Virus record (IMG/VR): IMGVR_UViG_3300023184_000026
Location: 186,001 to 250,000 of that record
Direction: 5' to 3' (one strand)
Length of the DNA: 64,000 nt
The position numbers and the translations under genes are program-made. The notes under the pieces are model-generated. The model ran no database searches and was not told where the DNA came from. It saw only the letters and a program-made list of their open reading frames with translations. Shown here in pieces: positions 33,706-44,107 of this stretch (positions within the stretch are counted from its first letter, which is position 1; every line of letters begins with the position of its first letter).

Positions 33706-35010
33706 ATGAATTTTAATAAAAAAATATTTATTCAAATCGCGTCATATCGCGATCCGCAACTGGTGCCAACTATAAAGGATTGTATCGCAAATGCAAAATG
33801 GCCAGAAAATCTTGTGTTTTGCATTGCATGGCAACACTCACACGATGAAAAAATAGATGATATTAAAGATTTACCCAATGTAAAAATAATTGATATTCCA
33901 TACATGCAAAGCAAGGGAGCGTGTTGGGCGAGAAATCAAATTCAACAACAATATGATGGTGAAGAATATACTCTACAACTTGATTCACATCACAGGTTTG
34001 TAAAAGATTGGGATGAGGTCGTAATTGGCATGTATAAACAGCTTAAAAATATGGGCTACAATAAGCCATTGCTTACTGGATACATTCCGTCGTTTGATCC
34101 GGACAACGACCCAGATTCCAGAATACAAACTCCGTGGAGAATGGACTTTGATAGATTTATTCCAGAGGGTGCTGTTTTTTTTCTACCAGCGTCAATTGAC
34201 AATTGGAAGGATCTGTCGTCGCCCACACCCGCCAGATTTTACTCCGCACATTTTTGTTTCACGGGTGGAAAATTCTGCAAGGAAGTTCAGCACGATCCCG
34301 AATATTATTTTCACGGAGAAGAAATCAGCATTGCAGTTCGCGCATTTACTCATGGGTATGATCTTTTTCATCCACACCGTCTTGTGGCTTGGCATGAATA
34401 TACTCGCAAAGGTCGCGCCAAACATTGGGACGATCACTCGGCTTCTAATACAAGCAAAATTCCGGACAAAAAAGATTGGGGTGAAAGAAACCACCTATGC
34501 CATCGACGCAATCGCATATTGTTTTCAATGGATGGTGAAAAGCATGAAACAATTAATTGGGGAGTATATGGATTTGGAACTGAGAGAACGCTGCAAGATT
34601 ATGAAAAATACTCCGGTCTACATTTTGGAAAGCGTGCTGTTCAACAAGAAACTCTAGACAAGGCGTATCCACCAAATAAGAGTAGCAAATACAAAACCGA
34701 TGCTGAATGGGAGGATTCATTTCTTAAAATTTTTAAACATTGCATAGACCTTCCCATCAATCAATTTAAATTAAATGACTATGATTTTTGGTGCGTTGCA
34801 TTTGAGCGAGAAGATAACACAGTATTGTATCGGCAGGATGCTGATAAAGCAGAAATACAACGGTTGCTGGCGGAAGCCAGAGATCCATCTGGCGACAAGT
34901 ACATTAAACTTTGGAGAACATTCAATGCACCCGAGCAACCGCATCATTGGGTTGCATGGTCACACAGCGAATCAACTGGCTGGGGAGATAGAATTGTAGG
35001 AAATTTATGA
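33706..35010 (+). CDS. GT60-like (polypeptide/Skp1 GlcNAc-transferase family) glycosyltransferase
   Basis: IFIQIASYRD, SKGACWAR, LQLDSHHRF...WD, SAHFCF, FHGEE, R-FTHGYD, WHEY. Confidence 0.85.
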   Translation: MNFNKKIFIQIASYRDPQLVPTIKDCIANAKWPENLVFCIAWQHSHDEKIDDIKDLPNVKIIDIPYMQSKGACWARNQIQQQYDGEEYTLQLDSHHRFVKDWDEVVIGMYKQLKNMGYNKPLLTGYIPSFDPDNDPDSRIQTPWRMDFDRFIPEGAVFFLPASIDNWKDLSSPTPARFYSAHFCFTGGKFCKEVQHDPEYYFHGEEISIAVRAFTHGYDLFHPHRLVAWHEYTRKGRAKHWDDHSASNTSKIPDKKDWGERNHLCHRRNRILFSMDGEKHETINWGVYGFGTERTLQDYEKYSGLHFGKRAVQQETLDKAYPPNKSSKYKTDAEWEDSFLKIFKHCIDLPINQFKLNDYDFWCVAFEREDNTVLYRQDADKAEIQRLLAEARDPSGDKYIKLWRTFNAPEQPHHWVAWSHSESTGWGDRIVGNL

Positions 35011-35681
35011 TTGCGTTTTATAACAGAAAAGTCGCAGATGGGGGATTTTATATCAACATGGATCACCGAACTGATCGTAAAAAGCAGTGCGAAGACCAAT
35101 TTGCCAAGTTTGATATTTCTGGTATGGAAAGAATGGCTGGAATTGTTAAGGGGGAATACGCCGGTTGTGGAGAAGCACATAAAGAGATTATCAGGATTGC
35201 AATATCGCGCGGATGGAAATCTGTTCTAATTTGCGAAGATGATTTTTATGTGATGGACCCTCCGTCAACTGGGATTGGAGATTATTCATTACCATATAAA
35301 GAAACGATGTTCAAGTTTCTCGACCAAGCCGATAAGATAAATTGGGATGCTATGTTTTTTGGAACAATACTGCATTCTCCGTTAGTTAAGCTGGATGATA
35401 ATGTTGGAAAAATTCAATCTGCAAAATCCGCACATGCACTTGTTGTAAAAGAAAGTATGTATCAGGATATTCTTGATTGGTCATATGAAAAATATGATCA
35501 GCTTGATCATTATTATTATACAACTCTCCAGAAAACTCGCAACTTTATATCATCATATCCTATTCTAATCAATCACGGTTGGCCGCAGGAAGATATGTCG
35601 GATTTATTGAAACGTAAAACAACATATCATTATTATACTACGTCAACATACGCGGAATTTGCTGGAGAATTTAGAAAATGA
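35007..35681 (+). CDS. glycosyltransferase family 25-like
   Basis: YINMDHRTDR, GC...H, VLICEDD, SAHA. Confidence 0.8.
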   Translation: MIAFYNRKVADGGFYINMDHRTDRKKQCEDQFAKFDISGMERMAGIVKGEYAGCGEAHKEIIRIAISRGWKSVLICEDDFYVMDPPSTGIGDYSLPYKETMFKFLDQADKINWDAMFFGTILHSPLVKLDDNVGKIQSAKSAHALVVKESMYQDILDWSYEKYDQLDHYYYTTLQKTRNFISSYPILINHGWPQEDMSDLLKRKTTYHYYTTSTYAEFAGEFRK

Positions 35682-37279
35682 ACATTATTTCAATGCACGG
35701 TTCGCACAATGGATCTGTTGCATTTAATGTTGGTGACAAAATATATGTAGTTGAAATGGAACGCTTCAATGGCTATAAGAATTCCGGTATAAGCCAATAC
35801 AAGTCTATTCCAAACGCAGATATTCAACTTAAGAATATCTGTGAAATGATAAAACGCAGATATGGTATAGATAAATTTGATGTATGTGTTACCAGCTATT
35901 CGCACTCAATAAATATCATCAATGGCGAAAGCATATATGTGAAATATGAAGATAATATTCCACACGCAACGCCGCTGCATGATTTGACGCACCAATATCT
36001 TCATGCAATAGGTGCATATTATCAGTCTCCATATGAAAAGATGCTAATAATTTCTTTTGATGGTGGTGGGAATGATGGATTTTTCAATGGTTATGTTTGT
36101 GAAAGCAAGAAAGAAGCTCCAAAGCTGCTGTTCTCGGCGAAATATGATATGGGTGCATATATGACGTTTGGTCATTATTTAAAACCAATAATGCAAGAAA
36201 GTGGATTTGATGATGGCAATCTTGTATATAGTGGCAAGCTGATGGGGCTGTGTGGATACGGAAATGTGCGAGAAGAATGGTTGGAAGCATTTCGCCAATT
36301 TTACAGAACTGAAGTTTATAGTAAGAATATTCAAGAAAAACTTGCAGAACTGGGTCCAAAGGTTGGATTAAAGTTTAATTCAAATGATAGATTTGATGGT
36401 GACATTGCATATGACATCGCAGCAACTTCTCAAAAGGCATTTGAGGATGTATTCTTTGAAGTTACAGACCAGTATTTTGATAAGTATAAAGATTATGCTA
36501 TAGGCATGACCGGTGGATGTGCATTGAATGTATTGTTGAATACAGAAATCAAAAAAAGATATAACCGTCCAATGTTTGTTCCACCAAATCCAAGTGATTG
36601 TGGATTGGCGGTTGGAGGATTGTTGCATGTAATGAAGCCGGAAAAACCAATTGAAGTTATGTATTCCGGTATGCCATTATTGGACATTGACTCGGTTGGA
36701 TATTACATCTATGAGCATTCATATAATTGCGATATCAAACACAATACGCCGGTCGATGAACTGGCGAGATATATTTGTAATGGTAAGATAGTCGGCGTTG
36801 CTCGTGGAAATGCCGAGCACGGTCCAAGAGCACTTGGCAACAGAAGCATTTTTTGCGATCCAAGTTTTCCACATATGAAAGATGTGCTCAATGCTAAAGT
36901 AAAAAATAGAGAATGGTACAGACCATTTGCACCGGTTGTAAGAATTGAGGACGCCGTTAAATATTTCGAGGCATGTCAGGAATCTCCATATATGAGCTTT
37001 GCTTTCAAGGTTCTCCAAGAATATGCAGAAAAGTTGAAATCAATAACACACATTGATGGCACGGCGAGAGTACAAACATTGAAGAGAGAAATAAATCCTT
37101 GGCTATATGATCTGATAGGAGAGGTTGAAAAGATAAATGGTATAGGCGTATTGTTAAATACCAGCTTTAATGTGAATGGCAAGCCGATACTATCTACGGT
37201 CAAAGAAGCATTTAATGTATTTGATAATACACAGATGGACGGGCTGATAATCGAAGACACTTTTATTAAAAAACGTTGA
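35678..37279 (+). CDS. carbamoyltransferase (NodU/CmcH family)
   Basis: HNGS, ERF, DGGG, GKLMGL, GGCALN, D-GLA-G, EHGPRALGNRS, REWYRPFAP, HIDGTARVQ, LNTSFN. Confidence 0.93.
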   Translation: MNIISMHGSHNGSVAFNVGDKIYVVEMERFNGYKNSGISQYKSIPNADIQLKNICEMIKRRYGIDKFDVCVTSYSHSINIINGESIYVKYEDNIPHATPLHDLTHQYLHAIGAYYQSPYEKMLIISFDGGGNDGFFNGYVCESKKEAPKLLFSAKYDMGAYMTFGHYLKPIMQESGFDDGNLVYSGKLMGLCGYGNVREEWLEAFRQFYRTEVYSKNIQEKLAELGPKVGLKFNSNDRFDGDIAYDIAATSQKAFEDVFFEVTDQYFDKYKDYAIGMTGGCALNVLLNTEIKKRYNRPMFVPPNPSDCGLAVGGLLHVMKPEKPIEVMYSGMPLLDIDSVGYYIYEHSYNCDIKHNTPVDELARYICNGKIVGVARGNAEHGPRALGNRSIFCDPSFPHMKDVLNAKVKNREWYRPFAPVVRIEDAVKYFEACQESPYMSFAFKVLQEYAEKLKSITHIDGTARVQTLKREINPWLYDLIGEVEKINGIGVLLNTSFNVNGKPILSTVKEAFNVFDNTQMDGLIIEDTFIKKR

Positions 37280-37280
37280 T

Positions 37281-38978
37281 ATGAACTTTAATACAACACT
37301 AGTTACTGGATTATTTGATTTAAAGCGAGGTGAATTGGATACTGGATTTAAGCGTCCATTTAGCCAATACCTACAGCATTTTGATAAGTTGCTCAGGGCA
37401 TGTAAAAATGTTCCAATGGTAGTTTATGTAGATCCTGCACATGTAGATTTTATAAATATCGCCAGACAAGGATCTGTTGGTACAGATATAAGAACAAAAA
37501 GTGCCGATGATTTTCGTAAATGGTTTTCATTTTATGAAAAAGTAAATACTATAAGACAAGATCCAAATTGGTATAATCAGGTTGGATGGCTCGCCGAATC
37601 AACTCAAGCAAAACTAGATTTATACAATCCTTTAGTCATGAGCAAAATGTTCATGCTCAATGACGCGGCTATATTTAACCCATTTGATTCAGAAAACTAT
37701 TGCTGGATAGATGCCGGACTTACACAAACCGTGCATCCCGGTTATTTCAGTCACGATAATGTAATAGAAAAAATTGAACCATTGCTCAATAAATTTTTGT
37801 ATGTATGTTTTCCATATGAAACCGAGACAGAAGTTCATGGCTTTAAAATTGATGGTATGAATAAATATGCTAACGCCAAAGTCAATCGAGTTGCTAGAGG
37901 AGGATTTTTTGGAGGCAACAAGAAAATTTTGAGTCAAATGAACGGAATATATTACAATCTTCTGAATGATTCTTTGAGTGACGGATATATGGGAACTGAA
38001 GAAAGTATATTTACACTCATCACATATACAAATCCGGAATTGGTAAATGTTGAAATGATCAATAATGATGGACTCATGTCTACATTTTTTGAAAAAGTAA
38101 AAAAACTTCCAATTCCCAAACGCGAAGTTAGTATATCAACCGTTGATGTTCCAGAAGGAGTTGAATATTTTCAAAGCGAAAAAGAAGTTGATATGAACAA
38201 GTCTGGAAAGGGGACCAATCTTTATATCACTTGCTTCAATATTCCACAGCAGCTTCAATTGCTATTGGACAGTATTGAAAAATATAATCCAGAACTATTA
38301 ACATCTACAAACAAGTATCTGATTGATAATAGCATTGACGAAAGTACTAGACCCGCGTTTAATGAAATTGTAAAAAAATATAAATTTGAATTAATACGCA
38401 AGGGAAATATGGGTGTGTGTGGTGCAAGACAGTGGGCAGCTCAACATTTTCATGATAGCAAAGCTAAATATATCGTGTGGTTTGAAGATGATATGCTCAT
38501 GGAAAACAAAAATATTCTTTGTAAAAATGGATTGAATATGCATTGTGACAACTGGCTCGACAAATGTATCAAAATAATTGAAGAAGAAAAATTAGACTTT
38601 ATTAAGATTTCGTTTAGTGAATTTTTTGGAGATCATCACAAGCAATGGGCTTGGCATAATGTTCCACAAAACATTAAGAATAGATATTTTCCAGATGGCA
38701 CACATAAAATGACATGGAAAAATTCTGGCTGTATTGATGGATTAAGTTATTTAATTGGAGATGTTTACTATAGCAATTGGCCAAGCGTTATGACAAAAGC
38801 TGGTAATTATAAGATATTTTTGGAAACTGTGTATGCTTCGCCTTTTGAGCAGACAATAATGTCGCAAGCATATCAGATAATGAAGAAAGGAAGATTGAGA
38901 AGTGCAGTGTTGATGGCAAGTTTGGTGAACCACAACAGAGTTCATCATTATGCAAAAGATATAAGAAAAGAAGTTTGA
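37281..38978 (+). CDS. HtrL/YibB-like domain fused to a GT-A glycosyltransferase domain
   Basis: TLVTGLFD, SKMFML...NPFDS...WIDAG, GGFFGG, TEESI; C-half GNMGVCGARQ...WFEDD. Confidence 0.75.
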   Translation: MNFNTTLVTGLFDLKRGELDTGFKRPFSQYLQHFDKLLRACKNVPMVVYVDPAHVDFINIARQGSVGTDIRTKSADDFRKWFSFYEKVNTIRQDPNWYNQVGWLAESTQAKLDLYNPLVMSKMFMLNDAAIFNPFDSENYCWIDAGLTQTVHPGYFSHDNVIEKIEPLLNKFLYVCFPYETETEVHGFKIDGMNKYANAKVNRVARGGFFGGNKKILSQMNGIYYNLLNDSLSDGYMGTEESIFTLITYTNPELVNVEMINNDGLMSTFFEKVKKLPIPKREVSISTVDVPEGVEYFQSEKEVDMNKSGKGTNLYITCFNIPQQLQLLLDSIEKYNPELLTSTNKYLIDNSIDESTRPAFNEIVKKYKFELIRKGNMGVCGARQWAAQHFHDSKAKYIVWFEDDMLMENKNILCKNGLNMHCDNWLDKCIKIIEEEKLDFIKISFSEFFGDHHKQWAWHNVPQNIKNRYFPDGTHKMTWKNSGCIDGLSYLIGDVYYSNWPSVMTKAGNYKIFLETVYASPFEQTIMSQAYQIMKKGRLRSAVLMASLVNHNRVHHYAKDIRKEV

Positions 38979-39139
38979 TACATATAGTCTCATGTGTGTG
39001 ACAAAATGATACACATAAAATATGTATTTTTTATTAATTACGAGGTAAACGGTGTGACACAATATTTGGCACGAAACATGATAATGTGTATATGTCGGTG
39101 TTCATAATGAAGCCGATATAAATAAAGGATACAATAAAT

Positions 39140-39586
39140 ATGTCACTAACTAAATACACACGGGATGAGTTTCTCACCCCTTTTAATAGATTGTTTGATG
39201 AAGTTTTCAATAACTTCGGAGTAACACCATATATAGGTTCATATACAAAAACCAGTTTTCCAAAAGTGGATGTGGTTGAGTATATAGATAAACTTGTGCT
39301 AGAAGCAGATGTTGCTGGACTAGACAAAGAAGATGTGAGTGTTGAACTAGAAGGCGATACTCTAACCATTCGTGGTGGAAAGAAGCCAGCATCAACTGAA
39401 ACAGACAATAATGCTCGTTATGTTTATAGAGAAATAAAGCGTTCAAGTTTTGTTCGCTCTTTTGCTGTTGGCGAAGGTATTGATAAAAGTAAAATAAAGG
39501 TTGATTATCAAAATGGAGCAATCAAGATTATATTGCCCAGAATTAAAATTGAAGAACAAAAGCCACAAAAAGTCAAATTGCTATAA
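39140..39586 (+). CDS. small heat-shock protein Hsp20
   Basis: PKVDV, ADVAGLDKEDV, LTIRG, REIKRSSFVRSF, YQNGAIKIILP. Confidence 0.93.
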   Translation: MSLTKYTRDEFLTPFNRLFDEVFNNFGVTPYIGSYTKTSFPKVDVVEYIDKLVLEADVAGLDKEDVSVELEGDTLTIRGGKKPASTETDNNARYVYREIKRSSFVRSFAVGEGIDKSKIKVDYQNGAIKIILPRIKIEEQKPQKVKLL

Positions 39587-39708
39587 GATAAGTGTTGACA
39601 ATTGATAAAATTTTATACATTATATCATTTGTAAAGGTTATATAAAGTTCCAGTTCTTATGATAATTGGATGGTGGAGGGTGATATTGAGTTCAATCGCC
39701 CCTAATTA

Positions 39709-39735
39709 AGCCCCACAGAAATGTGGGGTTTTTTT
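39709..39735 (+). terminator. intrinsic terminator
   Basis: CCCCACA-GAAA-TGTGGGG plus T7. Confidence 0.8.
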
Positions 39736-39788
39736 GTCGTTTTTTGTGAGTTGTATATATTTATTGTTGTAACTTTATACAAAAATAT

Positions 39789-40397
39789 ATTAAAAAATCG
39801 GAATTAAAGCAGTTGATTAGAGAAGTTGTGCAAGAAGTATATTCTCAACAAGACGAAGGTATTATGGACTTTATAAAAAACCCGTTTGGAAAAAATACCG
39901 GCTCAACCGGCAAGAGATCTGACCCAAAAAATATTAAAGAAATTTACGAAAATAATTCCAAAGCAATTAAGGACATTGTAGCGGCCTTAGACCGCAAACG
40001 TCACGAAATTAAAAATCAATTGTATAAATTAGAGGCAAATGGTATCGATTGGTATGCAAATCGAACCAGCGACGGTGGATACGAGCAGAACAGCGGCGCT
40101 AACCAACGTATTTGGAATCCCGACAGGGCAGAACAAGGAAATGCGGCCTCTAAAACAAGATTTCAAGAAAAAACAAAACAATTAAAAGAATTGATACATT
40201 TTATAGAAGGGACGGCTGGGTTTGTGAGAGAATTTGAGCGCTTTCAAGAAGAATCTGTTATCACTAAACCCTATAGAATAAATAGTAGTGTATATGTCAA
40301 AGATCTCAATGATTATGTCGAAAAAATATCCGATAGCCTTCGTCGTTATGGTCTTGATACCGCATCGAAATTGTTAAAACAATTTCCTTCGGCATAA
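39789..40397 (+). CDS. hypothetical protein with KKSELKQLIRE leader; apparent ATT start
   Basis: ATT AAA AAA TCG GAA TTA AAG CAG TTG ATT AGA GAA parallels the ATG start of 62387. Confidence 0.7.
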   Translation: MKKSELKQLIREVVQEVYSQQDEGIMDFIKNPFGKNTGSTGKRSDPKNIKEIYENNSKAIKDIVAALDRKRHEIKNQLYKLEANGIDWYANRTSDGGYEQNSGANQRIWNPDRAEQGNAASKTRFQEKTKQLKELIHFIEGTAGFVREFERFQEESVITKPYRINSSVYVKDLNDYVEKISDSLRRYGLDTASKLLKQFPSA

Positions 40398-40442
40398 CCT
40401 GTTATCGCAGGCGTGAATAAAATATAATACATATTTTACACC

Positions 40443-40483
40443 AAAAGAACCCCAAACATAAAGTTTGGGGTTCTTTTTTTTTT
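40443..40483. terminator. bidirectional-type intrinsic terminator
   Basis: AAAAGAACCCCAAAC-loop-GTTTGGGGTTCTTTT plus T run. Confidence 0.8.
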
Positions 40484-40508
40484 ATAATATATACTATACT
40501 TATATACT

Positions 40509-42077
40509 ATGAACTTTTTAGCATTTTTAGTATTATTGAGTGCAATAGCAATATCTGCGTGTGGCGCGTATTTTAGTATCGTTGGTTTAAAGTTGTTGTT
40601 TGTTGGCGGCGGCATATCAATTATAATAATGGGAAGTGCTCTTGAAATTGGTAAAATTATCACTGCCACATTTCTCAAACAAAAATGGAATGACATAAAT
40701 ATCCTCATGAAAACATATATGGTAATTGCAACCATATTTCTCATGGGTATAACATCAGTTGGTATTTACGGATATTTAAGTGCGGGATATACGGCTACAA
40801 ACATTGCAGTGCAAGGATATGAACAGCAAATAGAATCAAATAATATAAAAGTTGCGGAGATAAACAGTGAAATAGACATCATAAAGAAGTCTGATTATAA
40901 TGCGGATGAAATTGCTGCCGCTGATGTCAATAGAAAGAAGTTTATAGAACAAAAACTTCAAGTAGTTGCACAAAAAAATCAACAAATTGAAAACATACGT
41001 AAAACAGCAAATACAAACAAGGATGCGTCTTCTGACGTAATGGCAGCAAAACAGGCACTTGAGATTTCAAAATCATCATCTGACAATGACATATCCAGAG
41101 AACTTGAACAAATCAAACTGTATAATACACGTTTGGAAATATTGGACAAAGAGATGCAGAAATGGATGGAAGAAGGAACTGGTGGATTGTTTAAAAAGAA
41201 TGGGTTGGACAAGGCCAGAACGGTTAAAGATGGACAATCTAAAGAACGCTCAGACATAGATGCTCAGATTAAATCTTCACAAGATAGAATTGAAAAATTA
41301 CGTTCTCAGTACGCTTTGCAAGTCAAAGCATACAACGACAGAGTTTCTGAAATAGAAAACAGAAGCAATTCGCAAAGAGGTGAAATAGAATCAAATATCA
41401 AAAAAATTGAAAAAGAAAACGATGAAATAATGACATCAATTGATGTATACAACAAAGAATCCGACAGTAAGGTAGTATCTTTGAATTCTAAAAAAACAGA
41501 ATTGATTGAAGATGGGAAGAAAAAAATATCGGAATATAGAAAAAGTATACAGGATCTAAAAAATGAAAACACAACAATAAAAGAAAAAATTGTTCACACG
41601 GACGTTGGTACATTCAAGTTCATCGCAAACAGTTTGGGTATTCCGTTGGATAAAGCGGTAAATTATTTCATATGGTCAATCATGGCGGTTTTTGATCCGC
41701 TTGCAATAGCGTTGGTTCTGGCCTTCAACACAATGTTGAAAAATAAAGATGATATGCAACTTGCAATTGTTCCAACACTGACGCCGGAACCTACACCCAC
41801 TCCAACACCCACTCCAACACCAAGCGTCACTCCAACACAGACAATAACTCCAACCCCAACGATAACAGAAACTCCAAGTACCACCCCAATTGAAACCGCA
41901 ACTCCAACCCCAACTCCAACGAAAACATCAGAACCAACATCAGGTTCCGAAGTCACCAAGGATAATTACGAAATGGCATTGAGAAATATGGTAGAATCGG
42001 TAATAATAAATCAATCGCCACCAGTGCCGTCTCCTATATTAAGAGAATCTGAGTATTTCAGTCGCCCACAACCATAA
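40509..42077 (+). CDS. membrane-anchored coiled-coil protein with Pro/Thr tail
   Basis: Three N-terminal TM segments (SIVGL, LEIGK, TSVGIYGYLS), long coiled coil, VFDPLAI TM, TP repeats. Confidence 0.8.
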   Translation: MNFLAFLVLLSAIAISACGAYFSIVGLKLLFVGGGISIIIMGSALEIGKIITATFLKQKWNDINILMKTYMVIATIFLMGITSVGIYGYLSAGYTATNIAVQGYEQQIESNNIKVAEINSEIDIIKKSDYNADEIAAADVNRKKFIEQKLQVVAQKNQQIENIRKTANTNKDASSDVMAAKQALEISKSSSDNDISRELEQIKLYNTRLEILDKEMQKWMEEGTGGLFKKNGLDKARTVKDGQSKERSDIDAQIKSSQDRIEKLRSQYALQVKAYNDRVSEIENRSNSQRGEIESNIKKIEKENDEIMTSIDVYNKESDSKVVSLNSKKTELIEDGKKKISEYRKSIQDLKNENTTIKEKIVHTDVGTFKFIANSLGIPLDKAVNYFIWSIMAVFDPLAIALVLAFNTMLKNKDDMQLAIVPTLTPEPTPTPTPTPTPSVTPTQTITPTPTITETPSTTPIETATPTPTPTKTSEPTSGSEVTKDNYEMALRNMVESVIINQSPPVPSPILRESEYFSRPQP

Positions 42078-42154
42078 ATTGTTTTATTATATATTGACAA
42101 AATCCGATAATTAGATATATATGTGAGTTGTATAGTAAAACTATTCACATATCA

Positions 42155-42769
42155 ATGATTTACAAAATTATTAAGGACAAAGAATTCTTACGAAAGCCAA
42201 CATCTCCAGTTAATTCTATTGAAGAGGGGCAGCAAATAGCAAATAAACTTATAGAAGCACTTGATTTCCACAAAGTGGGAATTGGATTATCCGCCAATCA
42301 AATCGGAATATCTAAAAGTGTTTCGATTGTGCGAGCAAGAAAAGATCAGCCGCCCATCATATTAATGAACCCAGTGATAACAGAGAAAAGTGATGAAAAA
42401 ATCATTTATATAGAAGGTTGTTTGAGTATTCCGGGAAAATCTGGCAGCACAATTCGAAACATGAAGGTTACAGTTAATACTCTCAACCACGCAAATTCAT
42501 TACCATTTGGACCAGATAATGAGCCAGTCACCAAAGATAGCATTTATAGTGACTATGGTGTACTGGAGAGTGTGTGTATTCAACATGAAATAGACCATTT
42601 AAACGGCAAACTTATCACAGACGATGGAGTTCGTTTTGTTAAGAATATTGAGAAAAAAATAAAACATGGAAGAAATGATAAAGTAGTAATTGAAAAAAAC
42701 GGAGAAACCCAGTATATAAAATATAAAAAAGCAATGGAATTTGTTGAACAAGGATGGAAAATACTATGA
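42155..42769 (+). CDS. def: peptide deformylase
   Basis: GIGLSANQIG, EGCLS, QHEIDHLNG. Confidence 0.93.
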   Translation: MIYKIIKDKEFLRKPTSPVNSIEEGQQIANKLIEALDFHKVGIGLSANQIGISKSVSIVRARKDQPPIILMNPVITEKSDEKIIYIEGCLSIPGKSGSTIRNMKVTVNTLNHANSLPFGPDNEPVTKDSIYSDYGVLESVCIQHEIDHLNGKLITDDGVRFVKNIEKKIKHGRNDKVVIEKNGETQYIKYKKAMEFVEQGWKIL

Positions 42770-42918
42770 ACATTAACCTAGACAATCTTGAAGAAGCAAA
42801 AGAATTGCTTGAATATGCACTGGAAAACCGCCGATGGATTGAAGTTGAAGAAGCACTCGAAATACTGAAAGAGTCTCTTGGATACGAAATCGGAGACTCG
42901 GAAGAAGAAAGTGAGTAA
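42766..42918 (+). CDS. 50-aa acidic protein
   Basis: ATGA overlap with def stop; MNINLDNLEEAKELLEY... Confidence 0.6.
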   Translation: MNINLDNLEEAKELLEYALENRRWIEVEEALEILKESLGYEIGDSEEESE

Positions 42919-42921
42919 CTT

Positions 42922-43176
42922 ATGTGGATAATAATAATATTGATGATATTATTTCTAATATCAACGTGCGCCTTATCGTATGCATGCTATAACATGATTA
43001 AGAAAATTGAAATGTATGAATCTTGGGTTTCGGAATTTAGAGACGAGGTCAACCAAATGTATAGCAGAATAAAATCGGTAGATGATAGAAATTTATTTGA
43101 AAAAGATGACGACGTGGGTGGAACTTTTTCCGATATACTAAAAATAACAAAAGAGTTCAACGATAGATTTGGTTGA
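42922..43176 (+). CDS. small membrane protein
   Basis: N-terminal TM; FEKDDDVG. Confidence 0.7.
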   Translation: MWIIIILMILFLISTCALSYACYNMIKKIEMYESWVSEFRDEVNQMYSRIKSVDDRNLFEKDDDVGGTFSDILKITKEFNDRFG

Positions 43177-43200
43177 ACAAAAATATTTAAATAAAATAAC

Positions 43201-44085
43201 ATGAATAAAAAGAAAAATTTGAAAAAGTCGAAAACATCCAAGATAAAAAAAATGGAAAAGAAACGTGTAGAAAAACCTATACGTGTGAAAAAAATAAAAA
43301 TCAATCCAACTTTTGAAAATACATCGGAAATTTTAAAAAGATCAAGAGGCAGGCCCAAGGGTACTAAAAATAAAAAATTAGAAGAAACAGTTCCGAAGAT
43401 ATCGAATGTGTATTTCACGCCTGATACCGAAGCGGCGATTGTTGCATACAATAGTACCGACGACGCAAGAGAAAAAGATAGAATATACAACGAGCATATT
43501 CAGCATGCCTTTTTAAAAATAGCAGAAAACATTTATAATACTTTCAAATTTAGCTATGCTGATGTAAGTCCTCTTGAAATCCAAAAACAAGCCATATCAC
43601 ACATGGTGGCAAACATGAGCAAATATGAAGCTGGAAAAGGCAAGGCATTCAGCTACTTCAGTATTGTTGCTAAAAATTGGTTCATATTGGACAACAACAT
43701 GACCTATAGGAGATTTAAAAAGCACGTTGAAATTTGTGAGCAAACGGGTGAGTCTGGCGAATTTGTGGTTGAACCGGAACATCGAAAGCGAGAAAGCGAA
43801 GCTAAAGAATTTATTAAGTTGATGGTTGATTATTGGGACAAGAACGTTAACAAACTTTTCAACAAAGAGAAGGATTTAAAGATAGCATATGCTGTGGTTG
43901 AAATATTCAGAAATTCGGACAGAATAGATGTATATAATAAAAAAGCACTGTATCTATATATACGAGAAATAGCCGACTGTCCGACTCAAAAGATTACCAA
44001 AGTGATCAACAAGATGAAATCTGCTCAAAAAATTATAGCCGAGGAATATCTTAACAGAGGCACAATTGGTGGAGCAACTATCTAA
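43201..44085 (+). CDS. putative phage sigma-factor-like protein
   Basis: YFT..TE.AI..YN, KIAENI, YEAGKGKAFSYFSIVAKN (region-2-like), C-terminal HTH-like; N-terminal RGRPKG. Confidence 0.55.
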   Translation: MNKKKNLKKSKTSKIKKMEKKRVEKPIRVKKIKINPTFENTSEILKRSRGRPKGTKNKKLEETVPKISNVYFTPDTEAAIVAYNSTDDAREKDRIYNEHIQHAFLKIAENIYNTFKFSYADVSPLEIQKQAISHMVANMSKYEAGKGKAFSYFSIVAKNWFILDNNMTYRRFKKHVEICEQTGESGEFVVEPEHRKRESEAKEFIKLMVDYWDKNVNKLFNKEKDLKIAYAVVEIFRNSDRIDVYNKKALYLYIREIADCPTQKITKVINKMKSAQKIIAEEYLNRGTIGGATI

Positions 44086-44107
44086 ATATATATTATAATA
44101 TCTATTT

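Noticed and set aside
31304-41959. Minus-strand Val/Gly-repeat ORFs (31304, 32620, 32965, 41663)
   Set aside because: Antisense translations of the Pro/Thr repeats
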